From: Octopus sinensis
Taxonomy: Eukaryota
Direction of reading: 5' to 3'
NCBI RefSeq assembly: GCF_006345805.1
Contig: NC_043021.1
Coordinates: 10,478,001 to 10,542,000 of the forward strand
Length of the DNA: 64,000 bases
The position numbers were made by a program, and so were the translations under genes. Of this stretch, positions 10,558 to 23,806 are shown one piece after another; the first letter of the stretch is position 1; each line of letters opens with the position of its first letter. The notes beneath the pieces were generated by a model. The model worked only from the letters and a program-made list of their open reading frames with translations. It ran no database searches and was not told where the DNA came from.

Positions 10558-11469
10558 TTAAATGATGATGGTATTTGCTGGACAATTCATTTCCTTAAAT
10601 TAGAAAAGAATGTACAATGTGATGCTGTTTGTATACAAAAAAAAAAGTGAGATCTTATGTGTACAGAGAGGAAAGTTTGCTTGGTGGGAGGTGTTTGTCC
10701 TAGTATGAAAACATGATAGTGATGATAATAACGATGTGTTGAGTATATCAGACAATTGACGAACACTTTGCTCCGTTAAAAGCAGCCACTATATAATAAG
10801 CTGTAGTACTTGACAGCTCCTGTAGATAATGACAACCTCAGTGACTACACAGGGCAAGACAAAGAGCTTATTATATTACATAAATGATTATATCTGTCAG
10901 CAGTATATACCAGCAGAATTTTTTTTGTGACCCAGTTTGAATTTTCAATTGGAACCACATCACATAGCAAGGTTCTGTAACAAATCAATATAAGTCAATC
11001 AAGTTTTAATTTACAAATAGAAAAAAAAAAAACATTTTTACAAAACCAGCATCTATTTTCTTTATTTTTTTTTTTTACAGGGGCCCTCTGCCCTCTGTTT
11101 TTCCCATAGCAACCATCTAAAACTAAAGAAATTACAATGAAGTGTTTGACCTTTTTCACCCAATAAACAAATTGAAGAGTGTGACAAGACAGCTGTTGTA
11201 GAAAATGTCAGCCTTAATGGGGGATTCGAAGAACAGTCTGTTTGCATGTTTGCAGGACACTGTTGATATGATGGGACCTTCTATATATTAACCTTTTCCT
11301 ATAAACACACCAACACAAAACAAACCAACTAATGTTGTTGCTGCTTCTTTTTTTTTTGTTTTTGTTAATTAGAAATTTTTTTTACTTTACATTATGTATA
11401 TTTGTGTGTATATATACATGTGTGTTTGTGTGTCTCTGTGTGCTTATATAATGTGTATGTGTGTGTGTA

Positions 11470-11565
11470 GATCAAACTGGAGCCTGGTGCAGCCTCCTGG
11501 TTTCCCAGACCCCGGTCAAACCGACCAACCCATGCTAGCATGGAAAATGGATGTTAAATGATGAT
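11470..11565 (+). mobile_element. RTE 3' tail fragment
   Basis: ggagcctggtgcagcc...aacccatgctagcatggaaaatggatgttaaatgatgat. Confidence 0.75.
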
Positions 11566-11616
<51 letters not shown>

Positions 11617-11617
<1 letters not shown>

Positions 11618-11950
11618 TGGAGACCCCCTTCAGTCACGAATGACCATGGGATTGCACCTAGAAAGTTACCCTCCGAGGCACAAGTCCAGGCAAGGTTGTT
11701 TATGGAAGACCAGCTGTCACCCATGCATACCGGCTTCCCCTCTCCATGCCACCAGTGTTATCCGAGGGAAAGGCAAGGGCCTATACAGCTTGGTACCAGT
11801 GATACAGCTCATTTCTACAGCTGAGTGAACTGGAGCAACGTGAAAAATAGTGTCTTGCTCAAGAACACAACACACAGCTCGGTCTAGGAATTGAACTCAC
11901 AACCTCATGATCATAAGTTTGACGCTCTAACCACTGAGCCATGTGCCTTC
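11617..11950 (-). mobile_element. SINE family C
   Basis: Reverse complement of 32373-32712. Confidence 0.8.
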
Positions 11951-11989
11951 ACACATACACACATACACACACACACATACACACACATA

Positions 11990-12255
11990 TCATCATCATC
12001 ATCATCGTTTAATGTCCGTTGTTCATGCTGGCATGGGTTAGATGGTTTGACCAGGGCTGGAAGCCTGAAAGGCTGTACCAGACTCCAGTCTGATCTGGCA
12101 TGGTTTCTATGGCCCTTCCTGACACCAACCACGCCAAGTGTGTAACGGGTGCTTTTATGTGCTACTGGCATGACACCAGTACCTGGCATGACTGCGGTTT
12201 TACCTGGCTTGATTGATCTTCTTCTCAAGCATGGCATAATGCCAAAGGTCTCAAA
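11990..12255 (-). mobile_element. RTE 3' tail element
   Basis: (CAT)n then the RTE tail in reverse orientation. Confidence 0.75.
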
Positions 12256-12612
12256 TATATATATATAGTCTGATGATGGCTTAACTGACCAGAACTTCAA
12301 AGACACTGTCAACAGCATTCTTGTATAAGAATAATAAATTTGTTTTTTATAAAAGTATAGAGTAATCCATCAGATTAATGTAAAATTGTTTTTATTATAA
12401 CTAATCATAAGAACAAACAATATATATATAGCGAAAGAGAGAGATTTTTGTGCCCACTTTTCTGTGCTTGTATGGGTTACATGGAACTTTTTGTAACAAT
12501 GTCTTACATATGGGTGCTCTCCCTGATGCCAACACTTTTAGTTACTCTTTTTTACATGCAGAGATACAGTGTCCCTATGCTAAAGACCAGTAAAAAAAAC
12601 AAAAAAAAAACA

Positions 12613-12855
12613 GGCACTCTGTTAGTTATGATGACAAGGGTTCCAGTTGATCTGATCGAAAAAGCTTGCTCATGAAATTAAAATGCAAGTGGCTGAGCAC
12701 TCCACAGACACATGTACCCTTAATGTAGTTCTCTTGGAGATTCAGCATGGCACAGAATGTGACAAAGCCGGCCCTTTGAAATACAGATACTACTCATTTT
12801 TGCCAGCTGAGTGGACTGGAGCAACAGGAAAATAAAGTGTCTTGCTCAAGGACTT
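12613..12855 (-). mobile_element. SINE family C variant, 3' part
   Basis: Matches the 3' half of 49975-50352. Confidence 0.7.
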
Positions 12856-13092
12856 GCTCAAGGCCAGGACTTACAGCCAAAAATGGTAGGTTGACTTGTA
12901 CACCAGGACAGCTTTGCAGGGCTGAAAATTCCTACTAAAATGCAGCAGAATTTGGAAAGATATTAATAACATTTGAATGTTTACACGACACACTATTTTG
13001 ATTTTTATTGCGAAAATTACATTATGATCAATCACATTCCAACTGTAACTATTCAGTCAATTTTTCTATGTGCTGGGAAGACACGACCGCAA

Positions 13093-13297
13093 TACTCTTT
13101 TACTCTTTTACTTGTTTCAGTCATTTGACTGCGGCCATGCTGGAGCACCGCCTTTAGTCGAGCAAATCGACCCCGGGACTTATTCTTTGTAAGCCCAGTA
13201 CTTATTCTATCGGTCTCTTTTGCCGAACCGCTAAGTGATGGGGACATAAACACACCAGCATCGGTTGTCAAGCAATGCTAGGGGTACAGACACACAA

Positions 13298-13346
<49 letters not shown>

Positions 13347-13505
13347 CGACAAGCTTCTTTCAGTTTCCGTCTACCAAATCCACTCACAAGGCTTTGGTCG
13401 GCCCGAGGCTATAGTAGAAGACACTTGCCCAAGATGCCACGCAGTGGGACTGAACCCGGAACCATGAGGTTGGTTAGCAAGCTACTTACCACACAGCCAC
13501 TCCTC
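13093..13505 (-). mobile_element. SINE family A, near consensus
   Basis: Full reverse-complement copy. Confidence 0.9.
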
Positions 13506-13929
13506 TAATTTTTTTTTTTTATTTTATTTTATTTTTTTTTATCTAGTTTCAGCTCACAAGCTGTGGCCATGCTGGGGCACCGCCATTTGGTGTTGCTACA
13601 TGATTTTACTTCACGAATGCTTTTTAGCAACTGCCATTTGGTGCATGAGAGAGTTCGATGCAGATGCCCTCATCTAATGTGTAGTTTTTTTTTTTTTCAT
13701 TAATGGTAGGGTTTGGTTTTTAAGGGAGAAAAGTTTGCTATTTCTAGCAGGTCAAGCAATCGTATAGAAGCTCTCTCATTGGTTCATTTTCGGCTGCACA
13801 TGTGTTTGTGTGTACAGGTAATTTCACTAGCATGTGTTGTGCATAGCTTCTTCTTTTTCCTCTCCCCCCTCTTTCAATTATCTGCTGTACAGAAAAAGAA
13901 ATGCTGTTTATCAAATTGGTTTCTCTTTT

Positions 13930-14510
13930 TTCACACACACACACACACACTCATTTTCACCCTCACTTTCTCTCTCCCCCCATTCATCCTATCCTCTTTC
14001 TCACACTCGCAAACTCTCACACTTCCCCCTTTCCTCCCTCCCTCTCACACACACACACTCCCCCTCCTTCCCTCTCACTCACACACTCCCCCTCCTTCCT
14101 TCTCACTCACACACTCCCCCTCCTTCCCTCTCACTCACACACTCCCCCTCCTTCCCTCTCACTCACATACTCCCCTCCCTCCCCCCTCTCTTACACTCCC
14201 CTCCCCCTCTCTCATGCAACATCTTCCTTTCTCCTCCAACTTTCTCTTTCTCTCTCCTCCAACACTCCCTCGCATGGACCGGTCCTGCTCTCTCTTATGC
14301 AACATTATCTCCCCCCTCTCATCTAACACTCCCTCTCTCCAGCAACACTCACTACCACTCTTACAGCTCTTTCCTTCTCTCTCATGTATTCTCCCCCTCT
14401 CTCTCTCCTCTTTCTCTTTCTCTCCAACAAAACCCTCTTCCTTCCCCTATCAGACACTCAAGGCACTTACTGTTTTCCTCCCACATCCTCTCCCCCCATA
14501 CCCTCCACTC
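13930..14510. repeat. CT/CA-rich low complexity with a short minisatellite
   Basis: cacacactccccctccttccctctcact units at ~14050-14170. Confidence 0.9.
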
Positions 14511-15272
14511 CAGTTAGCATATTAGTTAAGTCAATCAGCATAATATATCTCATTGTCAGGAATGTTAACTTTACTTTGGTGGGGAAATTCTTAGCGGAAT
14601 AATAACTTAGTACCACCGCCACTACTACTACTCATTAACCACCACCACCACCACCTTGACTACAAACACTGCCATCACTTCTGTTACTACCACCATTACC
14701 ACTATTAGCTATCTACACTAACACTATTCTTACTACTACTACTACTACTACTGCTGACTACATACATATACTAACACACTTCTGTTCCTTAGTTTTATGC
14801 CTCCACCACTACATAATCGTTTTCTGGAAGTAGACTTTCCATTCTCATTGTTGGTTTGTTCTTTGAGAGATTTCGAAACTTTTCCATTGTAATTTCCAAA
14901 TTTCCGTACATGCCAGCGACTTACTTAAAGCTTTAAATGAGCACAATGTTGACCTGCTTGAAAAAAAAAAAATAGCTAAATCTCCTAATTACATAATCAT
15001 ATGCCACACTGTCTTAAAAAAACAAACAAAAAAGCGGATATGTCTAGAATGAACTAATTAACCAACTAACAGTTTAGGAGGAAAGAAAAAAAATATTTTT
15101 CAATGTCAGGAATGCTTTTTTTAAACTGTAAACTAATTTCTCTCTGTAAGCAATGTTTAACTTTTTAAACTTAATTTGTCCTGAGTTATTGCTATGCTGG
15201 TAATTCCAAAGAAGAATGAAATAGTACTATACATGGCTGCCGAGGACTAGAAGTTTTAAGATGTTTATAATG

Positions 15273-15685
15273 CTCTTTTACTCTTTTACTTGTTTCAGTC
15301 ATTTGACTGCGGCCATGCTGGAGCACCGCCTTTAGTCGAGCAAATCGACCCCGGGACTTATTCTTTGTAAGCCCAGTACTTATTCTTTCGGTCTCTTTTG
15401 CCGAACCGCTAAGTGACGGGGACGTAAACACACCAGCATGGGTTGTCAAGCAATGCTAGGGGGACAAACACAGACACACAAACATATACACACACACACT
15501 TATATATATATATACATATATACGACAGGCTTCTTTGAGTTTCCGTCTACCAAATCCACTCACAAGGCATTGGTCGGCCCGGGGCTATAGCAGAAGACAC
15601 TTGCCCAAGATGCCACGCAGTGGGACTGAACCTGGAACCATGAGGTTGGTTAGCAAGCTACTTACCACACAGCCACTTCTGCGCC
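15273..15685 (-). mobile_element. SINE family A, near consensus
   Basis: Full reverse-complement copy. Confidence 0.9.
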
Positions 15686-16254
15686 TATGTATAAAAAAAA
15701 AAACATTCAATGTGTATACTTTGTACATCTTATTTGCTCTTTGATGGAAATTCAAAACTTTCAATTCCATCTCAACTTCACTTAATCTAGAAGTGGTCGT
15801 CTCCCCTTTGGTAGCTGACCACCAGGGTTACACAAAAGTTAGGATTGCTAAGGCTGGAACTCTCGAACCAGGGTCCCACTGTTGGATGCAGTCTAAAGCC
15901 ATGGCCAGGACTTGTGTATAGTAAATCCAGCGTCCAGGGGTAGATTACATCAAATATTTCATCATGTTACAGAATGAGTGAGATCTTTCACCTAACGAGG
16001 CTGGCTGGATGAATTCTTTGCTACCAAAGTTGTATTTAATAAAATGTAGTCTTTGTGTATTGAAGCTATCTGTGGTGTAGGTTCTTGTGGTGGTGGTGGC
16101 GATGGGGTTGTTGCGAATCAACAGAACAGTTGTATCTCTTAATCACCCACTTCCGCTCTCTCTATTTCCTTTACGGTTCTGATGTATATTTTTGTTTTTC
16201 CATATCAAACAGTACTACTTCAGTGTTGTCTCACTTACGTAAGCCAGTAAAGTA

Positions 16255-17709
16255 GTTGATTTCGAAATTCGACACAAGGCCAGCATTTTTAGGGGAGGGG
16301 GTAAGTTGATTACATTGACCCCAGTGCTTAACTGGTACTTATTTCAGCGACTTCGAAAGATTGAAAGGCAAGTCAACCTCAGTGGAATTTGAACTCAGAG
16401 TATGAAGACAGATGAGATGCCGCTAAACATTTTGCCTGGCATGCTAACGACTCTGCCAGCTCTCCATATTAGTTATATCAATATTCCACTATTGCCTTTT
16501 ATCCTTTCAGGGTTGATAAATTAAGTACCAGTTATGTACTGGTGTTAATCTAATTGACTGCCCCCCTTCCCCCCAAATTTCGGGCCTTGTGTCTAGAGTA
16601 GAAAAGAAAAGTTTCAAGGCGTCGAGTTGACAAATATGTTAGCACACCGGGCAAAATACTTAGTGGTAGTTTGTCTGTTTTTACATTCTGAGTTCATATT
16701 CCACCAAGGGTGACTTTGCCTTTCATCGTTTTGGGGGTCGATAAATTAAGTACCAGTTACGTACTGGGGTCAATCTAATTGACTGCCCCCACTTCCCCAA
16801 AATTTCAGGCCTTGTGCCTAGAGTAGAAAAGAAAAGTTTCAAGGCATCGAGCTGACAAATATGTTAGCACGCCGGACGAAATGCATAGCAGTACTTTGTC
16901 TGTCTTTATGTTCTGAGTTCAAATTCTGCCAAGGTTGACTTTGCCTTTCATTCTTTCGGGGTCGATAAATTAAGTACCAGTTATGTACTGGGGTCAATCT
17001 AATTGACTGCCCCCCCTTCCCCAAAATTTTGGGCCTTGTGCTTAGAGTAGAAAAGAATAAACCCTTTCTACTAAAGGCAGGCACACGGCCTGAAATTTGC
17101 AGGGAGGGGACTAGTCGATTACATCGCCCCCAGTACGCAACTGGTACTTAATTTATTGACCCTGAAAGGATGAAAGGCAAAGTCAACCTCAGCTGAATTT
17201 GAACTCAGAACATAGTGATGGGCAAAATTCCGCTAAGCATTTCTTCCAGTATGCTAACAATTCTGCCAGCTTGCTGCCTTTTGCCACCTTAATAATAATG
17301 GCTTCAAATTATGGCACAAGGCCAGCAATTACAGAGAGGGGGATGTGTTGATTACATTGATCCCACTGCTTAACTGGTACTTGTTTTATTGACCCCAAAA
17401 GGTTGAAAGGCAAAGTCAACCTCGATGGAATTTGAACTCAGAATATGAAGAATGATGAAATATTGCTATGCATTTTTGCCTGGTGTGCTAATGATTCTGC
17501 CAGCTTGCCACCATAATAATAATAATAATAATGATAATAATAATAATTTTCTTATGTTTTCTTAAACATTCTCTAGAACAATACTATGTGCAAAACCAAA
17601 TTATGACACCCTTGGCATAACGCCAACATGAACTTCTACATTGTTGTCTCTTGAGGTCCCTGGGTTAGACTTGGAGTCAACTTGTACAAATACAAAGCAA
17701 AAGTCAAAC

Positions 17710-17746
<37 letters not shown>

Positions 17747-17962
17747 CTTTTCTACTGGAGGCACATGGCTTCAAATCTGGTGAGGAGAGGATTGGTTGAT
17801 TACATCAACCCCAGTGTTTCACTGGTACTTAATTTATTGACCCTGGAAGGATGACAAGCAAAGCTGACCTTGGAAGAATTTGAACTCAGAACGTAGTGAC
17901 GGGCGAAATGCCGCTAAGCATTTTGTGTGGTGTGCTAACGATTCTCCCAGCTCGCTGCCTTA
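16255..17962. mobile_element. Cluster of ~7 SINE family B copies in both orientations with (AAT)n spacers
   Basis: Minus at 16255; plus at 16490, 16615, 16838; minus at 17058, 17300, 17748. Confidence 0.85.
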
Positions 17963-18249
17963 ATAATAATAATAATGGGGAGAGAAAGAGAGAGAGAGAG
18001 TGAAAGGCAATATGAAGTGTAAATCTTCTAATTAGATTAGATGAGGTCAAAAAGCAATATTCTCATACAGCTTTAATTAGAGCTCTGTTATTTAGTATAG
18101 ACACAATGTGGTGAACTTGATAAATTAATAATGTAATGAACACTTTGGTATATGGCACAAGATTTAAACTCATTGATGGCATTTCATTGTGATTCAGGCT
18201 AAAACTGTCTATATAATTGACTTCATCTAGCTGTCAGAAATGGGTGGCA

Positions 18250-18870
18250 TCAGATCAAACTGCTTCATCTTTTGACCTCATTCCACCAACCAGTTCATTA
18301 AGCTGCCAAGAATACATACCAGATCAATGTGGTTCAGTTCCAGACCACTGTCTATCAGTCACAGGAATAGGTATGGAATCTATCCAGTTTAGGTTCTTAT
18401 GTTAGATGAAGAACATATGCATCATCACTGTGAGTCAGCCTCTGATCACTGTTCACCAATTAGTTTATCTAATTGTCAGCAGCATCTAGCAGCTCATTAT
18501 GTTTCTGTATCAGAGCCTAGTCAATTAATTTGTTCTTTCTAAATGGCAGGAATAGATGCTAGCTAAGTCAAGCTGGTTCTGTTTTAGACCATAATCTTCC
18601 CATCACCTCTAGATGACAGGAATAGTTACCAGATCAAACTGGTTCAGTCTTAGACCACAGCCTACCCATCAGTTCATGTATCTGTCAATAGCAGGTACCA
18701 GATCAATATTGTTCAGTCTCAGACCACAATCTACCAATCGGTTCACTTTGTTATTAGTAATAGATCTCAGATCAATGTGGTTTAATCTCAAAATCCAATC
18801 CACATATCAATTTACCTAGATGAAAGAATAAGTATAAAATCAATCTAGTTAGTCCAGCCAAATACTATAG
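18250..18870. repeat. Old degenerate 69-bp tandem repeat
   Basis: agatcaa anchors at 18252, 18321, 18631, 18700, 18769. Confidence 0.7.
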
Positions 18871-19009
18871 TTCTCCAGCTTTTCTCTACAACCTATGATT
18901 GGATCTCAACTCCTTTTCAAATCACTATATACTCTACATGTGTAAATATGTGTGATGGTTACTCAGTGTCTTTATGTGTATATGCAATATTTAATTCCAT
19001 GTTAAAGCA

Positions 19010-19405
19010 GCAAGCTGGTGGAATCATTAGCATGCTGGAATAAATGCTTAGCGGCATTTTGTTCATCTTAACATTCTGAGTTCAAATTCTTATTTCTTTA
19101 TTGCCCACGAGGGGCTAAACAAAGAAGGGACAAACAAGGACAGAAAAAGGGATTAAGTCGATTACATTGACCCCAGTGTGTAACTGGTACTTGATTTATC
19201 GACCCCGAAAGGATGAAAGGCAAAGTTGACCCCAGCGAAATTTGAACTCAGAACATAACGGCAGATGAAATAGCGCTAAGCATTTCGCCCAGCGTGCTAC
19301 CATTTCTGCCAATTTGCCAAGGTAAATTTTTGCCTTTCATCTTTCACAGTTCATAAAATAAGTATCAGTTGGGCATTGGGGTTGCTGTAATCAACTTACC
19401 CTCTG
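19010..19405. mobile_element. SINE family B (plus) interrupted by a minus-strand family B copy at ~19090-19320
   Basis: Head at 19010, inverted copy, then the plus-strand body resumes near 19320. Confidence 0.7.
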
Positions 19406-19887
19406 CTCTTCATGTACATTGGGGTCACCCACCTTTAAGTGGTGCAGTTCCTATTATCTCTGATTTGAGAGCTAGCTGCTGTAGGTTCAACCACAAGCTG
19501 CATTATTGCTAGCACTGAGTGGTGTCTATTGCAAACATTGTTAATTATTAAATGATCCATTCTATCTGGTGCAAGTCGGTCCTCTTGACATAATGGCCAC
19601 CATTCTTTGGAGCTTGCTGGTGTCATGCCACCTCCACTCAAACACTACCAACCCATTGGATTCGGCACCTCTCACCACTCATGTCATGTCCATAAATAAG
19701 GTTTTGGTTAATGGTAACTGAAAGTCCATTGTATATATACGTGTGGGTGTATGTGTGTGTATATATGTAGTCTTTTACTTTTTTTACTTGTCTTTGTCAT
19801 TTGACTGCGGCCATGCTAGAGCACCACCTTTGGTCAAACAAATCAAACCCAGAGCTTATTCCTTGTAGCCCTAGTACTTATTCTATT

Positions 19888-19889
<2 letters not shown>

Positions 19890-19921
<32 letters not shown>

Positions 19922-20506
19922 TTCCCCTCTCTCTCTCTTCTTTCCTCTCTCTCTCCTTTACTCTCTCTTTCTCTTCCCCTCCCCCTCCACTGCCTTCCTT
20001 TCTTCTACCTTGTCTTCCTTTATCTCTGCTCTTCTCTTCACAACTCTCCCTTGCTAGATGTTTCAACATCCTTGCTCTCATCTGAAATGAATTTCACTGT
20101 TTTTCCCATTTTCTTGCATTCCCTTCATTCTTCACCTCTCTTTCTCTCTCTTTCACATACACACACACACATACACACACAACCTCTTTCATTCACTTCT
20201 CTCTACTTCTTCCCCTTTTTAATCCCTATTTCCTCCAGAGAGTTTGTCTCTTTCCTACATATGGTTTATCTTTCCAATTCAAATTGTTACTCCAACCTAA
20301 TTTCCCTTTTTTTCCCCTCTTCCTTCCACTGCACTTCTTCCTCCTTCTCCTCCTCCCTCTCCTCTTCTCTCTCTTCCATCTCTGTCCTTCTTTCTCTCAC
20401 CATTCCCATCTCTCCCCCCTTTATTGCTCTCTCCCTTTTGTTCTCTTCCCTAAACCAAACACCACACACACACACACACATACACACACACACACACATA
20501 CACACA

Positions 20507-20545
<39 letters not shown>

Positions 20546-20580
20546 ACACACACACATACACACACACACACATACACACA
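19890..20580. repeat. (CT)n / pyrimidine-rich / (CA)n low complexity
   Basis: Seen directly. Confidence 0.95.
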
Positions 20581-21384
20581 CTTGAACTTCAGAAGTAAGA
20601 ATAAAAATAAAAACAGAAAAAATATTAAGGAAAAGGTTGGGTCCCAGAAGCACATCGCATCACAACACAAACCCAGTCACCAAGCTGACTGTAATTGAAT
20701 AACTCTGTGAAACGACAATGACAAGTCATCTATAAGACCAGAAGGAGAGAGAGAACGAGAGAGCAGCTTAGGAATCCTCTTGTTGCTACTGCTGCTGCTG
20801 CTGCTGCTCCTTTGGTATTATGATGTTGCATATTTAACTGTGTTCAAGTGTGTGCTCGACTGCTAAGATTGATGGACAGATGGACTGATAAAATTGAGAC
20901 CAACTAGTAGCAACTAAATATTTTCGCAGAGGAAGAAATTAGATAGGGATGGTTGCGTGAATAGTATTTTTTGCAAAACTTGTAATATTTACGGAGTAGA
21001 TTTAGTATATTTATCTTCCCTTTCTTTATCTTGTTTGCTAACCTTTTTAAAAAAAAATTTTTTTTTTTTACATATCTTGTTTCAGTCATTAGATTGTGGC
21101 CATGCTGGGGCACCACCTTGACGGGGGTCTTTTTTTTTAGTTGAACAAATCGACCCCCAGGATTTTTGTTTGTTAATTTCAAGGTCTGAAAGAAAATCCT
21201 GTGTTATTGTATTAGTTTAGTCTCAGGTCAACCTAAATTGTGCAAAGACAGACTTTTTGGATCAGAGGCATTCCAGCCATGACCATTCTGTCTTTTTTTT
21301 TTGCTTTGTTTTTTGCTTGTTATGCAGTATTGCTGGTGTATCTTTTCTTTAATTTTGTTCCTTCTCCCGGATCCCGGTTTCCTT

Positions 21385-21628
21385 GGCTTATAGGTTCCCC
21401 ACCTGGACGGGATGCCGGTCCATCGCAGGTGAGCTGCAAGATGCAGGAGGAAAGTGAGAAAATTGTAGTGAAAGAGTCAACAGAAGTTCGCCATTACCTT
21501 CTGCCGGAGCCGCGTGGAGCTTAGGTGTTTCGCTCATAAACACACACATCGCCCGGTCTGACATTCGAACCCGCGACCCCCCCGACTGCATATCCGCTGC
21601 TCTAACCACTAGACCATGTGCCTCCACA
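21385..21628 (-). mobile_element. tRNA-derived SINE, family C variant
   Basis: Minus strand: tggtctagtggttagagc A box, gggttcgaatg B box, body shared with 49975-50352. Confidence 0.75.
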
Positions 21629-22059
21629 TCTTTTCTTTAAGACGGGTGATGTGATTTAAGAGAGATTTAGCTGTTATTTCTGAAAGATCAAGGTTGAGCG
21701 ATCATATTGAGGCCCCTCATTAGCTTAGCCCTTCACCTGTCCAAAAACATTCTCATAAATTTGTCTTAGCTGTCTGTTTCAGACTTTTTTCAGCTTTTTA
21801 GCCCATGTTTCACACGCCCACAGTAAATATAAAGCTTTCCTTTCATAAGTCCCAAGTCAACTCTTGGAGTTTGAAAAAATCTGGAATGTGTATTACATAC
21901 GATGCATACACACCAGGGAAATATGTCTTGTGTTTCACATGTGATACACAGAATGAACAAAGGGCCAAGAACCTCATGTTGTTTTACCCTAGGTCAGCCC
22001 TGATCCGGTGGATCTACTGTTAAAAGCATTGCAGCTTTTATTCAGATTATATACATTTT

Positions 22060-22523
22060 ATTCTTTTAATTTGTTTCAGTCATTTGACTGCACTCATGCT
22101 GGAGCACCGCCTTTAGTCGAACAAATCGACTCCAGGACTTATTCTTTGTAAGCCTAGTACTTATTCTATCGGCCTCTTTTGCCGAACTGCTAAGTTAAGG
22201 GGATGTAAACACACCATTCTTTCAGTTTCTGTCTACCAAATCCACTCACAAGGCTTTGGTCGACCCGAGGCTATAGTAGAAGACACTTGCCCAAGGTGCC
22301 ACACAGTGGATGTAAACACACCAACATTGGTTGTGAAGCGATGGTGCGGTGACAAACACGCACACACATATATGACAGGCTTCTTTCAGTTTCCTTCTAC
22401 CAAATCCACTCACAATGCTTTGGTCAGCCCGAGGCTATAGTAAGAAGTCAATTGTGCAAGGTGCCACGCTGTGGGACTGAACCCAGGATCATGTGGTTGG
22501 GAACAAGCTTCTTACCACGCCTA
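22060..22523 (-). mobile_element. SINE family A containing an inserted 91-bp core fragment with 16-bp direct repeats
   Basis: ggatgtaaacacacca at 22201 and 22308. Confidence 0.8.
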
Positions 22524-22689
22524 TCCAATTTTCGTGCACTTCTTCCTTTGTGTGTGTGTCTTGTTTATCATTAAGTTGACCTTGATCCAATGGACTTTTG
22601 ATTTGAAGTGGTTCCAGTTGTGAGTCTTGTGGCTCTTATTCACAGAGATAATGTATCTAAAACAACATTATTTAACATATATTTTTATT

Positions 22690-22948
22690 TCTTATCTTTT
22701 ACTTGTCATGTGACTGCGGCCATACTGGAGCACAACTTTAAAGAGTTCTCTCGAACAAATTAACTTCAATACTCTTTTTTACTCTTTTACTTGGGGGCTG
22801 TATATAGCTGGTTTAAATGCTGAAGGGTTAAGCCTGGTACTTATTCTATCAGTGTATTATGCTGAACTGCTAAGTTACAGGGACATAAACAAAGCAACAC
22901 TGATTGTTACCTGGTGGAGGAGGGAGAAAAACAGAAATCCCCTTATAG

Positions 22949-22983
<35 letters not shown>

Positions 22984-23110
22984 ACACACTTCTGTCTATC
23001 AAGTACTCTCACAAAGCTTTTGTTGGCCTGGGGCCATAGTAGAAGACTTATCCAAGGTGCTGTGCAGTGGGACTGAACCCAAGACCACATGGTTGGGAAG
23101 CGAGCTTCTT
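22690..23110 (-). mobile_element. Diverged SINE family A with a MITE A terminus inside
   Basis: Family A motifs; gctggtttaaatgctgaagggTTAA near 22810-22830. Confidence 0.65.
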
Positions 23111-23152
23111 AACCTTGTAGTCAAGCCTACACCCGTAGTTATTGTTGTTTAA

Positions 23153-23371
23153 CCCTTTAGTATTTAAACCGGCCATATCTGGCCAATATATTTAATCTGT
23201 TTTATGTTCAAACTGACCAGATCCAGGCTCTCACACCTACCCTACAATGTTATTCTACATGAAGTAATTGCACCATCTAGATCTTGAAGATATGAGATAA
23301 TGCTTGATTAATTCAAATCAATGTGAATCAATTAGCAATATGTTTCATAGAATAATCAGAACACTAAATGG
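23153..23371 (+). mobile_element. piggyBac-type MITE A
   Basis: TTAA|ccctttagtatttaaaccggcc ... ctaaatgg|TTAA. Confidence 0.8.
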
Positions 23372-23806
23372 TTAATCTTGTGTCAATCCTGATATTGCAG
23401 CTTACAACCAAATGTATTTCAGTTGTCAGCAGCCCGTTTTTTATCCAAGCCTTATCTAATGTTTATTATAGTATTGTTGATGGTGGTGGTGGTGTTTAGC
23501 CCCATATTAGCTCTGAACAAGCAGATCTATTATCAAAAGCATTCCAGCTATGGCCATACCTACTTTTCAAGAAGACTCTTTAACTGCATTATCTAGTTTA
23601 TCTTTCCTGCATTAAGATATTGGAGCAGGGAGTGATGTGAAGATTTAGTTACTTTCAGCTTGTTGAATGATGAAAGAAAAGCCCCCACATTGGCTAGCTG
23701 TAGTTGTAGCTGTTTAGCTCCCATATCAGCACCGATTCAGCAGATATACTGTAAAAGAAATGCCAGCCGGGATCATCTCATCCCCACTTTTTATTTCTAC
23801 CCAACA

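Noticed and set aside
12268-12340. Second hammerhead-like motif (CTGATGA-tgg..cca-GAAC) next to (TA)n
   Set aside because: GAAA is broken and stems I and III do not form convincingly. At most a decayed remnant.
13713-14525. Long ORFs of 270/227 aa here, and at 19886-20698, 52395-52875 and 59651-60361
   Set aside because: Translations of CT/CA/TG low-complexity DNA, which lacks stop codons by composition.
21555-21628. tRNA gene (also 50280-50352 and 32373-32440)
   Set aside because: A and B boxes are present but there is no closable acceptor stem, and each runs into a SINE body.
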